DNA of 37,718 nucleotides from a virus (Duplodnaviria > Heunggongvirae > Uroviricota > Caudoviricetes), in IMG/VR virus record IMGVR_UViG_2617270964_000009, one strand, 5' to 3'. The notes below the pieces were generated by a model. The model ran no database searches. It was not told where the DNA came from and saw only the letters and a program-made list of their open reading frames with translations. Positions 1 to 8,226 of this stretch are shown here, in pieces. Every line of letters begins with the position of its first letter. Within the stretch, counting starts at the first letter, position 1. The position numbers and the translations under genes were made by a program.

Positions 1-573
1 TTACATTTCAGGTTGCGTTATGACAGTCCCAACAGGGTGGTAGCGGTAGATCGTTGACAGTCCAATATCATAGATAATTGCCAGCCGCTTTCTGTCATAC
101 CCTTTCTGGAGCAATCTTGCGATCTGCTCATGCTGCTCCTTCGTCAGTTTCGGGCGACGTCCTCCAACTCTCCCTTGTGCTCGCGCAGCAGCCAGTCCTG
201 CCAGCGTGCGCTCAACTATCAGTTCACGCTCCATTTCTGCCAGTGCACCCATCATATGAAAAAAGAACCTTCCCATCGGAGTGCTGGTATCGATTGAATC
301 CGTCAGACTGCGAAAATTGACACCTTTTGCGCGTAGCTCTTCTGTGAGAGCAATGAGGTGTTTCATTCTTCTACCCAACCGATCCAGCTTCCAGACCACC
401 AATGTATCCCCTCTTTTAAGGCACTTTAAAGCGCGTTTCAGGCCTGGTCGTTCCGACTTGGTTCCGCTCATTTTGTCCTCAAAAATCTGTTCACATCCTG
501 CGCACATTAATGCATTGCGTTGCAAATCTGTGTTTTGGTCATTTGTTGACACACGTATGTAGCCAATCAGCAT
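1..573 (-). CDS. gin: Serine DNA invertase, Gin/Hin/Pin/Cin family (complete, 190 aa)
   Basis: Translation begins MLIGYIRVSTNDQNTDLQRNAL with the resolvase catalytic-serine N-terminus and an HTH C-terminus; near colinear with Mu Gin as recalled from memory. Sits beside tail-fibre genes as in the Mu G-segment. Confidence 0.9.
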   Translation of the reverse strand: MLIGYIRVSTNDQNTDLQRNALMCAGCEQIFEDKMSGTKSERPGLKRALKCLKRGDTLVVWKLDRLGRRMKHLIALTEELRAKGVNFRSLTDSIDTSTPMGRFFFHMMGALAEMERELIVERTLAGLAAARAQGRVGGRRPKLTKEQHEQIARLLQKGYDRKRLAIIYDIGLSTIYRYHPVGTVITQPEM

Positions 574-627
574 TAAAAATACTCCCTTTTGAGTGGTTAA
601 AGTACTGAGATAATGTGGGGAGGATTT

Positions 628-653
628 GAGAGATAAACGTTGGTTTGGGCGAA
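628..653. promoter_or_regulatory. Candidate invertase crossover (gix/hix-like) site next to the invertase gene
   Basis: Sequence gagagataaacg-tt-ggtttgggcgaa; one half (GGTTTGGGCGAA) matches about 9 of 12 positions of the Gin/Hin half-site as I recall it, the other half is poor. No convincing partner site was found in the fibre gene by eye. Confidence 0.25.
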
Positions 654-1109
654 ACGATAAATAAAGCCTCCGGAGCTATGCAGAAATCGGCTAATGGAGC
701 TGATATTTCTGATGTATCAGCCTTCCGAAATGCGCTCCAGTTAGGGGCCGCCGCAACACGAGATGTTGGAGCAGATAATGCCTCGAAGTTACTGGATTTA
801 GACAGCTTCAGGTCAATGATGTCAGGGAATGGCTACATCTACATTCCATGCATTGCGACGACAGGAAACCCGGTGAAACTTATGTTGCAGTGGGGAACTG
901 TGGCAACACAAAAGGGAGCTGATGCTGGATATGCCTTACCATTTGCTTTTCCCTATGCAGGCTTGTTTGCGACCGGAAACCGTGGAACATCTGGCTACAA
1001 TGCCGCGATGAATGTGCGTATTGCCAGCAGAACGCATATCAGTATTCAGAACTGGTCGCCATCCGGAGAGGGCACCGAAGATTGTTGTTTTATCGCGCTG
1101 GGGTATTAA
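645..1109 (+). CDS. Alternative tail-fibre C-terminal segment (S'v-like), no independent ATG expected
   Basis: ORF opens just after an in-frame TGA at 627-629 and uses TTG in the track. It shares LQLG-AA-RDVG and a terminal ...ALGY motif with the C-terminus of the minus-strand fibre gene (…EAIGY). Position and orientation match Mu S'v. Confidence 0.5.
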   Translation: MGETINKASGAMQKSANGADISDVSAFRNALQLGAAATRDVGADNASKLLDLDSFRSMMSGNGYIYIPCIATTGNPVKLMLQWGTVATQKGADAGYALPFAFPYAGLFATGNRGTSGYNAAMNVRIASRTHISIQNWSPSGEGTEDCCFIALGY

Positions 1110-1111
1110 GA

Positions 1112-1522
1112 ATGAATAAATTTTATAAAGGCTCTTTCTATCCGGAAGCACTAAAAGATGTATATATCAGCGCCGGCTCATGGCCTGAAAACGGCGTTGA
1201 TGTTGATGATGAAACAATGGCAATTTACACGGGTGTCGTACCACAGGGTAAAATGCTAGGTTCCGATAAAAATGGCAACCCTGCTTGGGTGGATATTCCG
1301 CCTCTTTCAACGGAGCAATTAGTTGCCATTATGGAGCAGAAGAAAGGGAAACTTCGTTCGATAGCCGATGCTGAAATTAGCTGGCGACAGGATGCCGTTG
1401 ATGCAGGGATAGCGACGAAAGAGGAAACCGCCGCGTTATCTGAATGGAAAAAATACCGGGTCCTGCTGATGCGCGTTGATACAGCAAAACCCGTATGGCC
1501 TGTCAATCCGCAGGATATTTAA
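1112..1522 (+). CDS. Tail-fibre assembly protein (U'-like, Tfa family)
   Basis: Probable start MNKFYKGSFYP at 1112; C-terminus ...EWKKYRVLLMRVDTAKPVWPVNP is a typical Tfa signature; convergent with the second Tfa gene. Confidence 0.7.
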   Translation: MNKFYKGSFYPEALKDVYISAGSWPENGVDVDDETMAIYTGVVPQGKMLGSDKNGNPAWVDIPPLSTEQLVAIMEQKKGKLRSIADAEISWRQDAVDAGIATKEETAALSEWKKYRVLLMRVDTAKPVWPVNPQDI

Positions 1523-1736
1523 CGGGGGCGTTGTAGGTGGTGACATATTCAAGCAGTTCTGTTGGATATGTCACCGTTGCTGCATCTCGCTCTACGTTAA
1601 ATGTATCCGCTCCCCAGATAACACACTCCCTCAAAAATGCCTCCACCTCTGGCGAGACTTCAACCGCATCATCAGGTCGCTCTTGTTCAGAAACATAAAA
1701 ACCAACGGTCGTTGGGCTGAAATAGATATTCTCCAT
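1503..1736 (-). CDS. Tail-fibre assembly/chaperone protein (U-like, short 77 aa)
   Basis: N-terminus MENIYFSPTTVGFY resembles a Tfa N-terminus; lies immediately downstream of the fibre gene; its 3' end overlaps the U'-like gene by 20 bp. Confidence 0.5.
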   Translation of the reverse strand: MENIYFSPTTVGFYVSEQERPDDAVEVSPEVEAFLRECVIWGADTFNVERDAATVTYPTELLEYVTTYNAPVKYPAD

Positions 1737-1738
1737 AT

Positions 1739-3331
1739 TTAGTATCCTATTGCTTCAAAATGCAGTGTCGGTGTTTCGCCGAGATTGGGTGTCGTATACG
1801 CCACAGTGAATCGCGTTCTTGATACGTCAGTGCCAGAATCAGTATCGCGATGCGTTGCCAGTGATTTTCCGGCCATTGTTGACTGGGTCGGATAGCTGTA
1901 ACTCGCTAGTGTTGCCAGCGTTGCTATTTGTGCATTTGGGAATTGTCTGGGGAAATTAACCCTGTAGTAATGGGTGTAGTACGTCACCCCACCAAGCACC
2001 TGCGAGTTGAAGTTACCAACTGGTGTCAGTGTCACAGTGCCAGCCTGTCGAATCATACCATTTGGGAGAATATCCCAGGCAGTTTGTCCGTTTCGCGACA
2101 TACCAAATGCGGACATGTCCGGGAGTTGATTATTACCGGTTCCGACATCCCGTTTTGCCGCTTCTCCCAATTGAAGGTAATTGAGGACTTCTTTTATACT
2201 GCCCATAGCGATAATAGCGCGACCAATAGCTGTAAGGGTTGTCAGCGCTGCGCGGTCTGCTCCGGTAAAATAAGGCAACCGATCTGCTGCAGTGGCAAGT
2301 CCTGCCAGAGCAGTGAGCGTGGCATCTGCCGGTTGTTTTCCGTTTGCCAGATCGTATGCAGCCTTGACCGCTTTCGGTGTGGCGGCCAGTATTTCAGACG
2401 TGCTGTTGATGTCACTGCTCAATTGTACGGTGCCTTTTGCCGTCAGCGAGGCAGCAGGCACTCCCGTTATCTGACTCCACGGGTGAGTGTGGCTGACGGG
2501 CGCCTTACCGGCTGCAAGGTCGTATGCAGCCTTGACCGCCTTCGGCGTGGCAGCCTCAGTTTCTGATTGACTGTCCGTGGCGCTGCTCAGTTGTACGGTG
2601 CCTTTTGCCGTCAGCGAGGCAGCAGGCACTCCCGTTATCTGACTCCACGGGTGAGTGTGGCTGGCAGGCGCCTTGCCGGCTGCAAGGTCGTATGCAGCCT
2701 TGACCGCTTTCGGTGTGGCGGCCAGTATTTCAGACGTGCTGTTGATGTCACTGCTCAATTGTACGGTGCCTTTTGCCGTCAGCGAGGCAGCAGGCACTCC
2801 CGTTATCTGACTCCACGGGTGAGTGTGGCTGACGGGCGCCTTGCCGGCTGCAAGGTCGTATGCAGCCTTGACCGCCTTCGGCGTGGCAGCCTCAGTTTCT
2901 GATTGACTGTCCGTGGCGCTGCTCAGTTGTACGGTGCCTTTTGCCGTCAGCGAGGCAGCAGGCACTCCCGTTATCTGACTCCACGGGTGAGTATGGCTGA
3001 CGGGGGCCTTGCCGGCAGCCAGGTCATATGCAGCCTTGACGGCCTTTGGTGTGGCGGCCAGCGTTTCAGAGGTGCTGTTGGTGGCACTGCTCAGTTGGGT
3101 GAACCCCTTAGCTGTCAGTGTCGCGTCCGGGTGGTTACGGGAACGTACGTGTTCAGCCAGTGACTGTGCGGCTTCCTCCGTTTTTTTCTTCAGCCATTTC
3201 GTCCTGTTTGCCAGTTGCCGGGGGGCTCGATTTGATATCCCGTCTGCACCACCCAGAACCGGATCTGATGTCTCCAGTTGATAGATATTTTCTTCCCACT
3301 TTTCTGTTTCATTCAGGTTTCCCATAATCAA
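1739..3331 (-). CDS. Tail fibre protein (Mu S / P2 H-like), 530 aa
   Basis: N-terminus NETEKWEENIYQLETSDPVLGG...QLANRTKWL is the conserved fibre attachment region; five 56-aa repeats containing SHTHPW follow; C-terminal 150 aa is the variable receptor-binding part. Confidence 0.85.
   Translation of the reverse strand: MIMGNLNETEKWEENIYQLETSDPVLGGADGISNRAPRQLANRTKWLKKKTEEAAQSLAEHVRSRNHPDATLTAKGFTQLSSATNSTSETLAATPKAVKAAYDLAAGKAPVSHTHPWSQITGVPAASLTAKGTVQLSSATDSQSETEAATPKAVKAAYDLAAGKAPVSHTHPWSQITGVPAASLTAKGTVQLSSDINSTSEILAATPKAVKAAYDLAAGKAPASHTHPWSQITGVPAASLTAKGTVQLSSATDSQSETEAATPKAVKAAYDLAAGKAPVSHTHPWSQITGVPAASLTAKGTVQLSSDINSTSEILAATPKAVKAAYDLANGKQPADATLTALAGLATAADRLPYFTGADRAALTTLTAIGRAIIAMGSIKEVLNYLQLGEAAKRDVGTGNNQLPDMSAFGMSRNGQTAWDILPNGMIRQAGTVTLTPVGNFNSQVLGGVTYYTHYYRVNFPRQFPNAQIATLATLASYSYPTQSTMAGKSLATHRDTDSGTDVSRTRFTVAYTTPNLGETPTLHFEAIGY
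2341..3109 (-). repeat. In-frame 168-bp tandem repeats (about 4.5 copies, two alternating variants) inside the tail fibre gene
   Basis: The motif ttgtacggtgccttttgccgtcagcgaggcagcaggcactcccgttatctgactccacggg recurs at 2423, 2591, 2759 and 2925; it encodes the repeat ATPKAVKAAYDLAAGKAPVSHTHPWSQITGVPAASLTAKGTVQLSS. Confidence 0.85.
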
Positions 3332-3906
3332 CTGCTCCCGTGGTTATAACTGCCATCATGGATGGCGGTATTGTTATAGCGAATGGCCACAGACTGATAC
3401 TCCAGGCTGGCCAGATGGCAGCGGGCCGGTGCAAATGCAGCCAGCGTCTGACGCAGCATCGCGGCCTGATCGTTAGTAATGGGCTGTTTCAGAATAACGC
3501 GATAAACTGCCCAGGCGGCTGCATCTCCATGAACAAACAGTCCGTTATAGCTGCGATTGCCGTCGTAACTGAGACGACCTGTGCCTTCAATCAGATCCAC
3601 TTCACCAAAGCCAAAACGGCGGATAACTTCCCGGATTGACCACGGCGTCCCTTTATACCGGTGCAGTTCGATGGCTGCTTTTATAAGCATGCGGCGAACA
3701 TCGTCCGATTCCGCCAGCTCCCAGCCATCGCCAGACAGTGAGAACTGCTCGCCCAGCCATGGCAGCGCGGAACTGTCGACGATATCGACGAGAAAGACCA
3801 TCAGTACGCTCAGGTCGATGTTATCCAGCCGTCCTGCCAGTCTTCCCAGCGTCCTGAGACTGATATCACCCTCAAGCGGTGGCGGGAGTTGTAATGGCTC
3901 AGTCAT
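3328..3906 (-). CDS. Tail protein, Mu gp48 / P2 gpI-like
   Basis: 192-aa ORF placed between the baseplate J-like gene and the fibre gene, ending 2 bp before the fibre start; assignment is by synteny. Confidence 0.55.
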   Translation of the reverse strand: MTEPLQLPPPLEGDISLRTLGRLAGRLDNIDLSVLMVFLVDIVDSSALPWLGEQFSLSGDGWELAESDDVRRMLIKAAIELHRYKGTPWSIREVIRRFGFGEVDLIEGTGRLSYDGNRSYNGLFVHGDAAAWAVYRVILKQPITNDQAAMLRQTLAAFAPARCHLASLEYQSVAIRYNNTAIHDGSYNHGSS

Positions 3907-5002
3907 CAGACACTCCAGTCATGTTAAGAGTGATTGCCGTACAGTTTGCCCATTCGTTTTCTGCCACCACCCGCAGTGCCGGTGTCACCAGTTCAACCTG
4001 GTACACCCCGGAAACGGACAATGCACTGATAATCTGGCTGGGGACAATATCGCGCCCCAGCGTGGCGGCACGTGATGCCACCCAGTTCTGTATGGCGCTG
4101 TTAGCGACATCTTTTACAGACCTGGCATCCTGATCACGATAGATCGTAATCCTGGCTTCAATGGTGTAATCCACCTTCACTGGTGTTTTAGCCCGCACTG
4201 TATCAGTGAGTGGCCTGACTTTCTCATCAGAGCAGAAACTCTCTACCAGCGTGAGAACACCGCCGTCCGGCAGACCGGTACTGAGCAGCGGATACAGATC
4301 TACGGTCCCGGGAACCGGGGAAAGCACAGCAACATCGACAATGTTGGGATGGGCCTGCATGGCATGAAAGCGGTATGCGCCACGGCTTCCGGCATTGGTG
4401 AATGACTCCGGGGCCAGTCTGATACGCTCCCGGAGCCTGTCATCGTCTTCCTGTTCTGAACCGCCGGAACTGGCCGTCAGATTGCTCACCAGCAGGTCGA
4501 CGTTATCAATCTCATCGAGTAACTGACTGACCTGCGCAGGTTGCCAGCCGTTACCAGCGGTACCGGGTTCGGTACAGGTGGACGTGACATTGACCAGCAG
4601 CAATCCGGCCTTCAGTACCACATCTGTATCGGTGGCAAAAATAACGCTGTCGGAAGCGCTGACGCGGGTGCCTGCCGGGATCAGCACATCAATGGCCAGT
4701 GCCTCATCTACGGAGAACTGGAGCGTGGTAGTGGCAGGCTGCGCGGCAAGACGGTATACACCGACCAGTTCACCGAGGTAATCAATCATCGGCTCACGGG
4801 CAAAGGCGACCAGATTCTGCTTTGCTGCCTCCTGTACCGCAACCCTGACCAGCATTTCGCGATAGGCCCACAGATCAATCAGCAGACGTTCTGCCTGTGC
4901 CGGGTACAGCGTTTTGCCGGTATCCACTTCATACTTCGCAATCATTTCTGCCGTGATTTTGTCGGCATCGCGTTCAATAAAATCGGGTTCTGTCAGCGCC
5001 AT
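3899..5002 (-). CDS. Baseplate J-like protein (Mu gp47 / P2 gpJ-like)
   Basis: 367-aa ORF in the conserved baseplate position; size and synteny fit the J family; overlaps its neighbours by a few bp. Confidence 0.75.
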   Translation of the reverse strand: MALTEPDFIERDADKITAEMIAKYEVDTGKTLYPAQAERLLIDLWAYREMLVRVAVQEAAKQNLVAFAREPMIDYLGELVGVYRLAAQPATTTLQFSVDEALAIDVLIPAGTRVSASDSVIFATDTDVVLKAGLLLVNVTSTCTEPGTAGNGWQPAQVSQLLDEIDNVDLLVSNLTASSGGSEQEDDDRLRERIRLAPESFTNAGSRGAYRFHAMQAHPNIVDVAVLSPVPGTVDLYPLLSTGLPDGGVLTLVESFCSDEKVRPLTDTVRAKTPVKVDYTIEARITIYRDQDARSVKDVANSAIQNWVASRAATLGRDIVPSQIISALSVSGVYQVELVTPALRVVAENEWANCTAITLNMTGVSDD

Positions 5003-5340
5003 AGCAGCTCCTGAGTCCGGGTCTGTCCGTCTGAGCCTTTCCAGCTCACCCGGAGCGTAAGATGTTCGCCGTCGACGGCGGGTTTAACTGACATAAGCTG
5101 GCAGCGGGGCTCCCAGCGCCTGATGGCATCGACGGATTCGCGCACCACATGCGGAATGGCCCGGTCTACAGGCCAGTCGATATAAAGATGCAGATTGCTG
5201 CCGAACTCCGGGCGATGCGGGTCGCTGCCGCGGGGAGTCCGCAGGATAATTTGAATCGCCTGCCGGATATCATCCAGCCCCCGGACAATTTCGCCGGGAG
5301 CCTGCAGGGCTGGTTGCCAGAATACTGAGGTCGTTTTCAT
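4993..5340 (-). CDS. Baseplate protein (Mu gp46 / P2 gpW / T4 gp25-like)
   Basis: 115-aa ORF between the V-like and J-like genes, the conserved position for the W/gp25 wedge protein. Confidence 0.65.
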   Translation of the reverse strand: MKTTSVFWQPALQAPGEIVRGLDDIRQAIQIILRTPRGSDPHRPEFGSNLHLYIDWPVDRAIPHVVRESVDAIRRWEPRCQLMSVKPAVDGEHLTLRVSWKGSDGQTRTQELLWR

Positions 5341-5394
5341 GGGGGCAGTATTGCCCCCGTGCGGGAACGCTGATATTAAAGGCGTTTAAGAAGC

Positions 5395-5991
5395 TCAGTG
5401 GGAGTGGTGGCTGGAGTTTTCGCCATCAGACAGCATACTGCCCGTGACATGGGCATTCCCTTTAATCTCGATATTGCCATGGATGGTCGCGGTAACACCT
5501 TTACCACCAGAACCCGCCATGCCTCCTTCGTAAATCAGCTTTCCCCTGACACGCAGATCTCCGGTAAGTTCGGTTTCCGGTGCGTCAATCGTGGCTTTCT
5601 GTGTTTTCAATACCACATCAGCACCACACTCAATGACAATATGCTCAATGCCGCCCCGGATGGTCAGAGTGTGCGTCTTCCGGTTGTAGCTGTACTCTGC
5701 ACCATCAGCAAACCGGGTTCCCCGGATATTTTTGTCACTGAACGGTGGTTTATCGACGTCTGAATACACCGCGCCCAGAATAACACCATCCTCGCCGTTG
5801 GCATCGAGCAGCACCTCAACCTGCTCCCCCACGTCAGGGAGCCAGTAATCTTTGTTATCCTGGGTATTGCGCTGCAGCACGTTAAGCCAGTTTGTGCGCA
5901 GGTTATCGCATTCAGGCAGACGAACGCGGGCCTGAACCCTGTCGGCATCAACGGCACTGACCGTACCGACCTGACGAGTGACACCAGTCAT
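5395..5991 (-). CDS. Baseplate assembly protein V / spike (Mu gp45-like)
   Basis: 198 aa with a glycine-rich C-terminus (GGMAGSGGKGVTATIHGNIEIKGNAHVTG) typical of gpV spike proteins. Confidence 0.7.
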   Translation of the reverse strand: MTGVTRQVGTVSAVDADRVQARVRLPECDNLRTNWLNVLQRNTQDNKDYWLPDVGEQVEVLLDANGEDGVILGAVYSDVDKPPFSDKNIRGTRFADGAEYSYNRKTHTLTIRGGIEHIVIECGADVVLKTQKATIDAPETELTGDLRVRGKLIYEGGMAGSGGKGVTATIHGNIEIKGNAHVTGSMLSDGENSSHHSH

Positions 5992-7142
5992 TTTTTCTTC
6001 TCCTTAATCACCGTCGATGTACTGCCATCCGGGTGATAAACCGTGAGTTTCTGAGTTTTTTGTTTTTTCCCTCTTGTGACTGGCCCCCGTGCCACTTCCA
6101 GCTCTGTGGTGTAGCCGCTGTTACGGTCAAACGCATGGCGGGCAGTGGTTATGAGCCATGGCCCGGATAACTGCCCAAAACCCACCAGTTCAATTTTGTT
6201 GCCTGCTGTCAGTTGAGGTGTTCCCGTCAGCGTCAGGGAGCCGTTCTGCTGGTATTCGTTATGTCTGGCCAGTGCTGAATCCGCTTTAATCCGGGCACTG
6301 TCCGGGTCGCTGACGCGGCTGTTAACTTTAAGTGAGTCAGCGCTGGTAACCTTACCACCTTTGAGCTTTTTGTCGCTTTCACGGGTACCACCATCAGCTT
6401 CGTAGACGATCAGTTTTTTACTGCTGCTTTTCTGGTGTTTTACCTTTGCAGATTTATAGACCCGATTGATGGTGTCACGCAGGGAAAAGCGGGCCACATC
6501 CTGCGGTTTTAACTGCCTGACCGGCTCCTGACTGCGCAGTGTGGCCAGATGAGAAAAAATCAGCTGGTCACTGACCACTTTCACTGCATAACCATACTCG
6601 CTGGCCAGCCGGCGCAGAAAACCCACGTCGGTTTCAGCATACTGGGTCACCCGGTCGATTCTGATGGACTCAATGCTGCCCACCAGTTTCAGTCGGTGCT
6701 TTCTGGCAATCCGCCCCGCAACAGCTGCCAGCGTGGTGTTCTCAAAACCACGACTGGTTTTAGTCCGCAGGGCACTGTTAACCGAGGTGGCCACCCCACG
6801 GATAGAAACAACGGAAGCGGGCGAACTCACTTCGATCTCGTCTATAGAGAACGTACCGCAGGACAGCAGCTTCTCGCCCTGATAGCCCATTTTCAGCGTC
6901 AGCGTGTCACCCTTGCCCGGATACCACTTATCCAGCCAGCGGCCATCGGTGTCGTCCAGCTCCACCTCAATGGTATCGGACTCATTTTTGATGTTATCGC
7001 TCCAGGTCACACGGGTGACATAAGGCGCGATATCAGAGGTGATGTTTTTCTGCAGATACCACAGAGTGAACACCGGTGTCAGCACATCGCTGACGCCGGT
7101 TAACGCTGATGTGACTTGCGCAGTGCTGTTTATCTCAGCCAT
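5988..7142 (-). CDS. Tail protein, Mu gp44(P) / P2 gpD-like (baseplate hub)
   Basis: 384 aa, close to the Mu P and P2 D sizes; sits between the tape-measure and spike genes. Confidence 0.7.
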   Translation of the reverse strand: MAEINSTAQVTSALTGVSDVLTPVFTLWYLQKNITSDIAPYVTRVTWSDNIKNESDTIEVELDDTDGRWLDKWYPGKGDTLTLKMGYQGEKLLSCGTFSIDEIEVSSPASVVSIRGVATSVNSALRTKTSRGFENTTLAAVAGRIARKHRLKLVGSIESIRIDRVTQYAETDVGFLRRLASEYGYAVKVVSDQLIFSHLATLRSQEPVRQLKPQDVARFSLRDTINRVYKSAKVKHQKSSSKKLIVYEADGGTRESDKKLKGGKVTSADSLKVNSRVSDPDSARIKADSALARHNEYQQNGSLTLTGTPQLTAGNKIELVGFGQLSGPWLITTARHAFDRNSGYTTELEVARGPVTRGKKQKTQKLTVYHPDGSTSTVIKEKKK

Positions 7143-7345
7143 GGGGCAATATCCTCTTCTGTACGGGCTTCTTCAGCCTCAATCACCGGGATCAGTAACA
7201 ACAGCCCGGAGGGCAGCACCGGCGTGATGGCCACGTGCGGATTGGCGGCAATAATCCGGGGATAGCCCAGCGGGTCACCGTAGTACTGCCATGCCAGCGA
7301 ATCCCAGCGCTCTCCGTCACGGGTAACATGTTCAAGAAACATCAC
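7130..7345 (-). CDS. Tail protein X-like (LysM-like small protein)
   Basis: 71 aa; the ...DSLAWQYYGDPLGYPRIIAANPHV...LPSGLLLLIP pattern resembles the P2 gpX family. Confidence 0.45.
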   Translation of the reverse strand: MMFLEHVTRDGERWDSLAWQYYGDPLGYPRIIAANPHVAITPVLPSGLLLLIPVIEAEEARTEEDIAPWLR

Positions 7346-8226
7346 ACACTCCTCGTCAGTATTCTGGCGGCCATTGCACTTAATCCCGGAGACATGCGGT
7401 TGAATGCTGTGCCGGCGGCGTTAAGCTGCCCGGAAACGGTATCCAGAGCACCTGCAATATTTCTTTTGTCCACACCACTCAGCGCAGACTGTGCCTGCTG
7501 TACATACGTGGCTGCTTCGCTGGCTGTTCTGGCCAGACTGATGGCATCGGGCATGGATTCAGAGAGTGCGTTAAACGCCGGAACACTTTTCCCCAGAGCC
7601 CCGGAGATATTACCCAGTCCGCTCATCAGCCCCGGCACACGGGTCAGTGCGACAACGGGGTTATCCTTCATTTTCTGTGTCACCCGAACGGCGCTGATAG
7701 TGGTTTGGAGTACAGACTGCGCCTGTTTCGCATAGTTGACGCCGTTGCGGATGAACTGCGCCCCCCCTGAAGGTGAAGGAATGGCACCGGAGACCGCCCC
7801 GACACCCGGGAGCTTCGTGCGTATTGCCGGTGGTTGCAGAGGATTTTTCGGATCACCGGTGTATTCCCGGAGAGACACGGTGGCACTGACAGCCAGCACG
7901 TTACCGGTGCTGTCTGTCTGCTCGCTGGTTGCGGTCACATCGGTAATCACGAACCAGCCACGATAGTCACCGTTGCCGAAGACCAGCGCCAGTGCCTGAT
8001 GGGCTTTCATGGTTGTTCGCAGTCTCGCCAGCTCCACATCGGGTACACAATAATGCTGATGGAAGACCAGACTTATCTGGATTTCGTCCAGCCTGTCGCC
8101 GACGAACTGCAGGCCAGGCTTACCCCCGATGCGGGCATGCTCCGCATAATCGACGCCGAACGTGGCCTCGAAGCCGTCCCAGTAGGTAATCAGCTCAAAC
8201 TCAATATCACCCAGTACGGCAAACAT
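7342..8226 (-). CDS. Tail/DNA-circulation-like protein (Mu N / P2 U-position)
   Basis: 294-aa ORF directly downstream of the tape-measure gene with a 1-bp overlap; assigned by synteny only. Confidence 0.5.
   Translation of the reverse strand: MFAVLGDIEFELITYWDGFEATFGVDYAEHARIGGKPGLQFVGDRLDEIQISLVFHQHYCVPDVELARLRTTMKAHQALALVFGNGDYRGWFVITDVTATSEQTDSTGNVLAVSATVSLREYTGDPKNPLQPPAIRTKLPGVGAVSGAIPSPSGGAQFIRNGVNYAKQAQSVLQTTISAVRVTQKMKDNPVVALTRVPGLMSGLGNISGALGKSVPAFNALSESMPDAISLARTASEAATYVQQAQSALSGVDKRNIAGALDTVSGQLNAAGTAFNRMSPGLSAMAARILTRSV

Noticed and set aside
2085-2106. cgtttcgc 8-mer in the fibre gene matching the reverse complement of the gin-proximal candidate gix half-site
   Set aside because: A crossover here would fuse the two fibre segments out of frame and lies about 40 codons inside the variable domain; flanking similarity is weak.
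1928-3163. Plus-strand ORFs 1928..2566, 2567..2902 and 2903..3163
   Set aside because: Antisense to the tail fibre gene; their repeated sequence MTVRGAAQLYGAFCRQRGSRHSRYLTPRVS mirrors the 168-bp repeats, and they are Arg/Cys-rich in a way typical of antisense frames.
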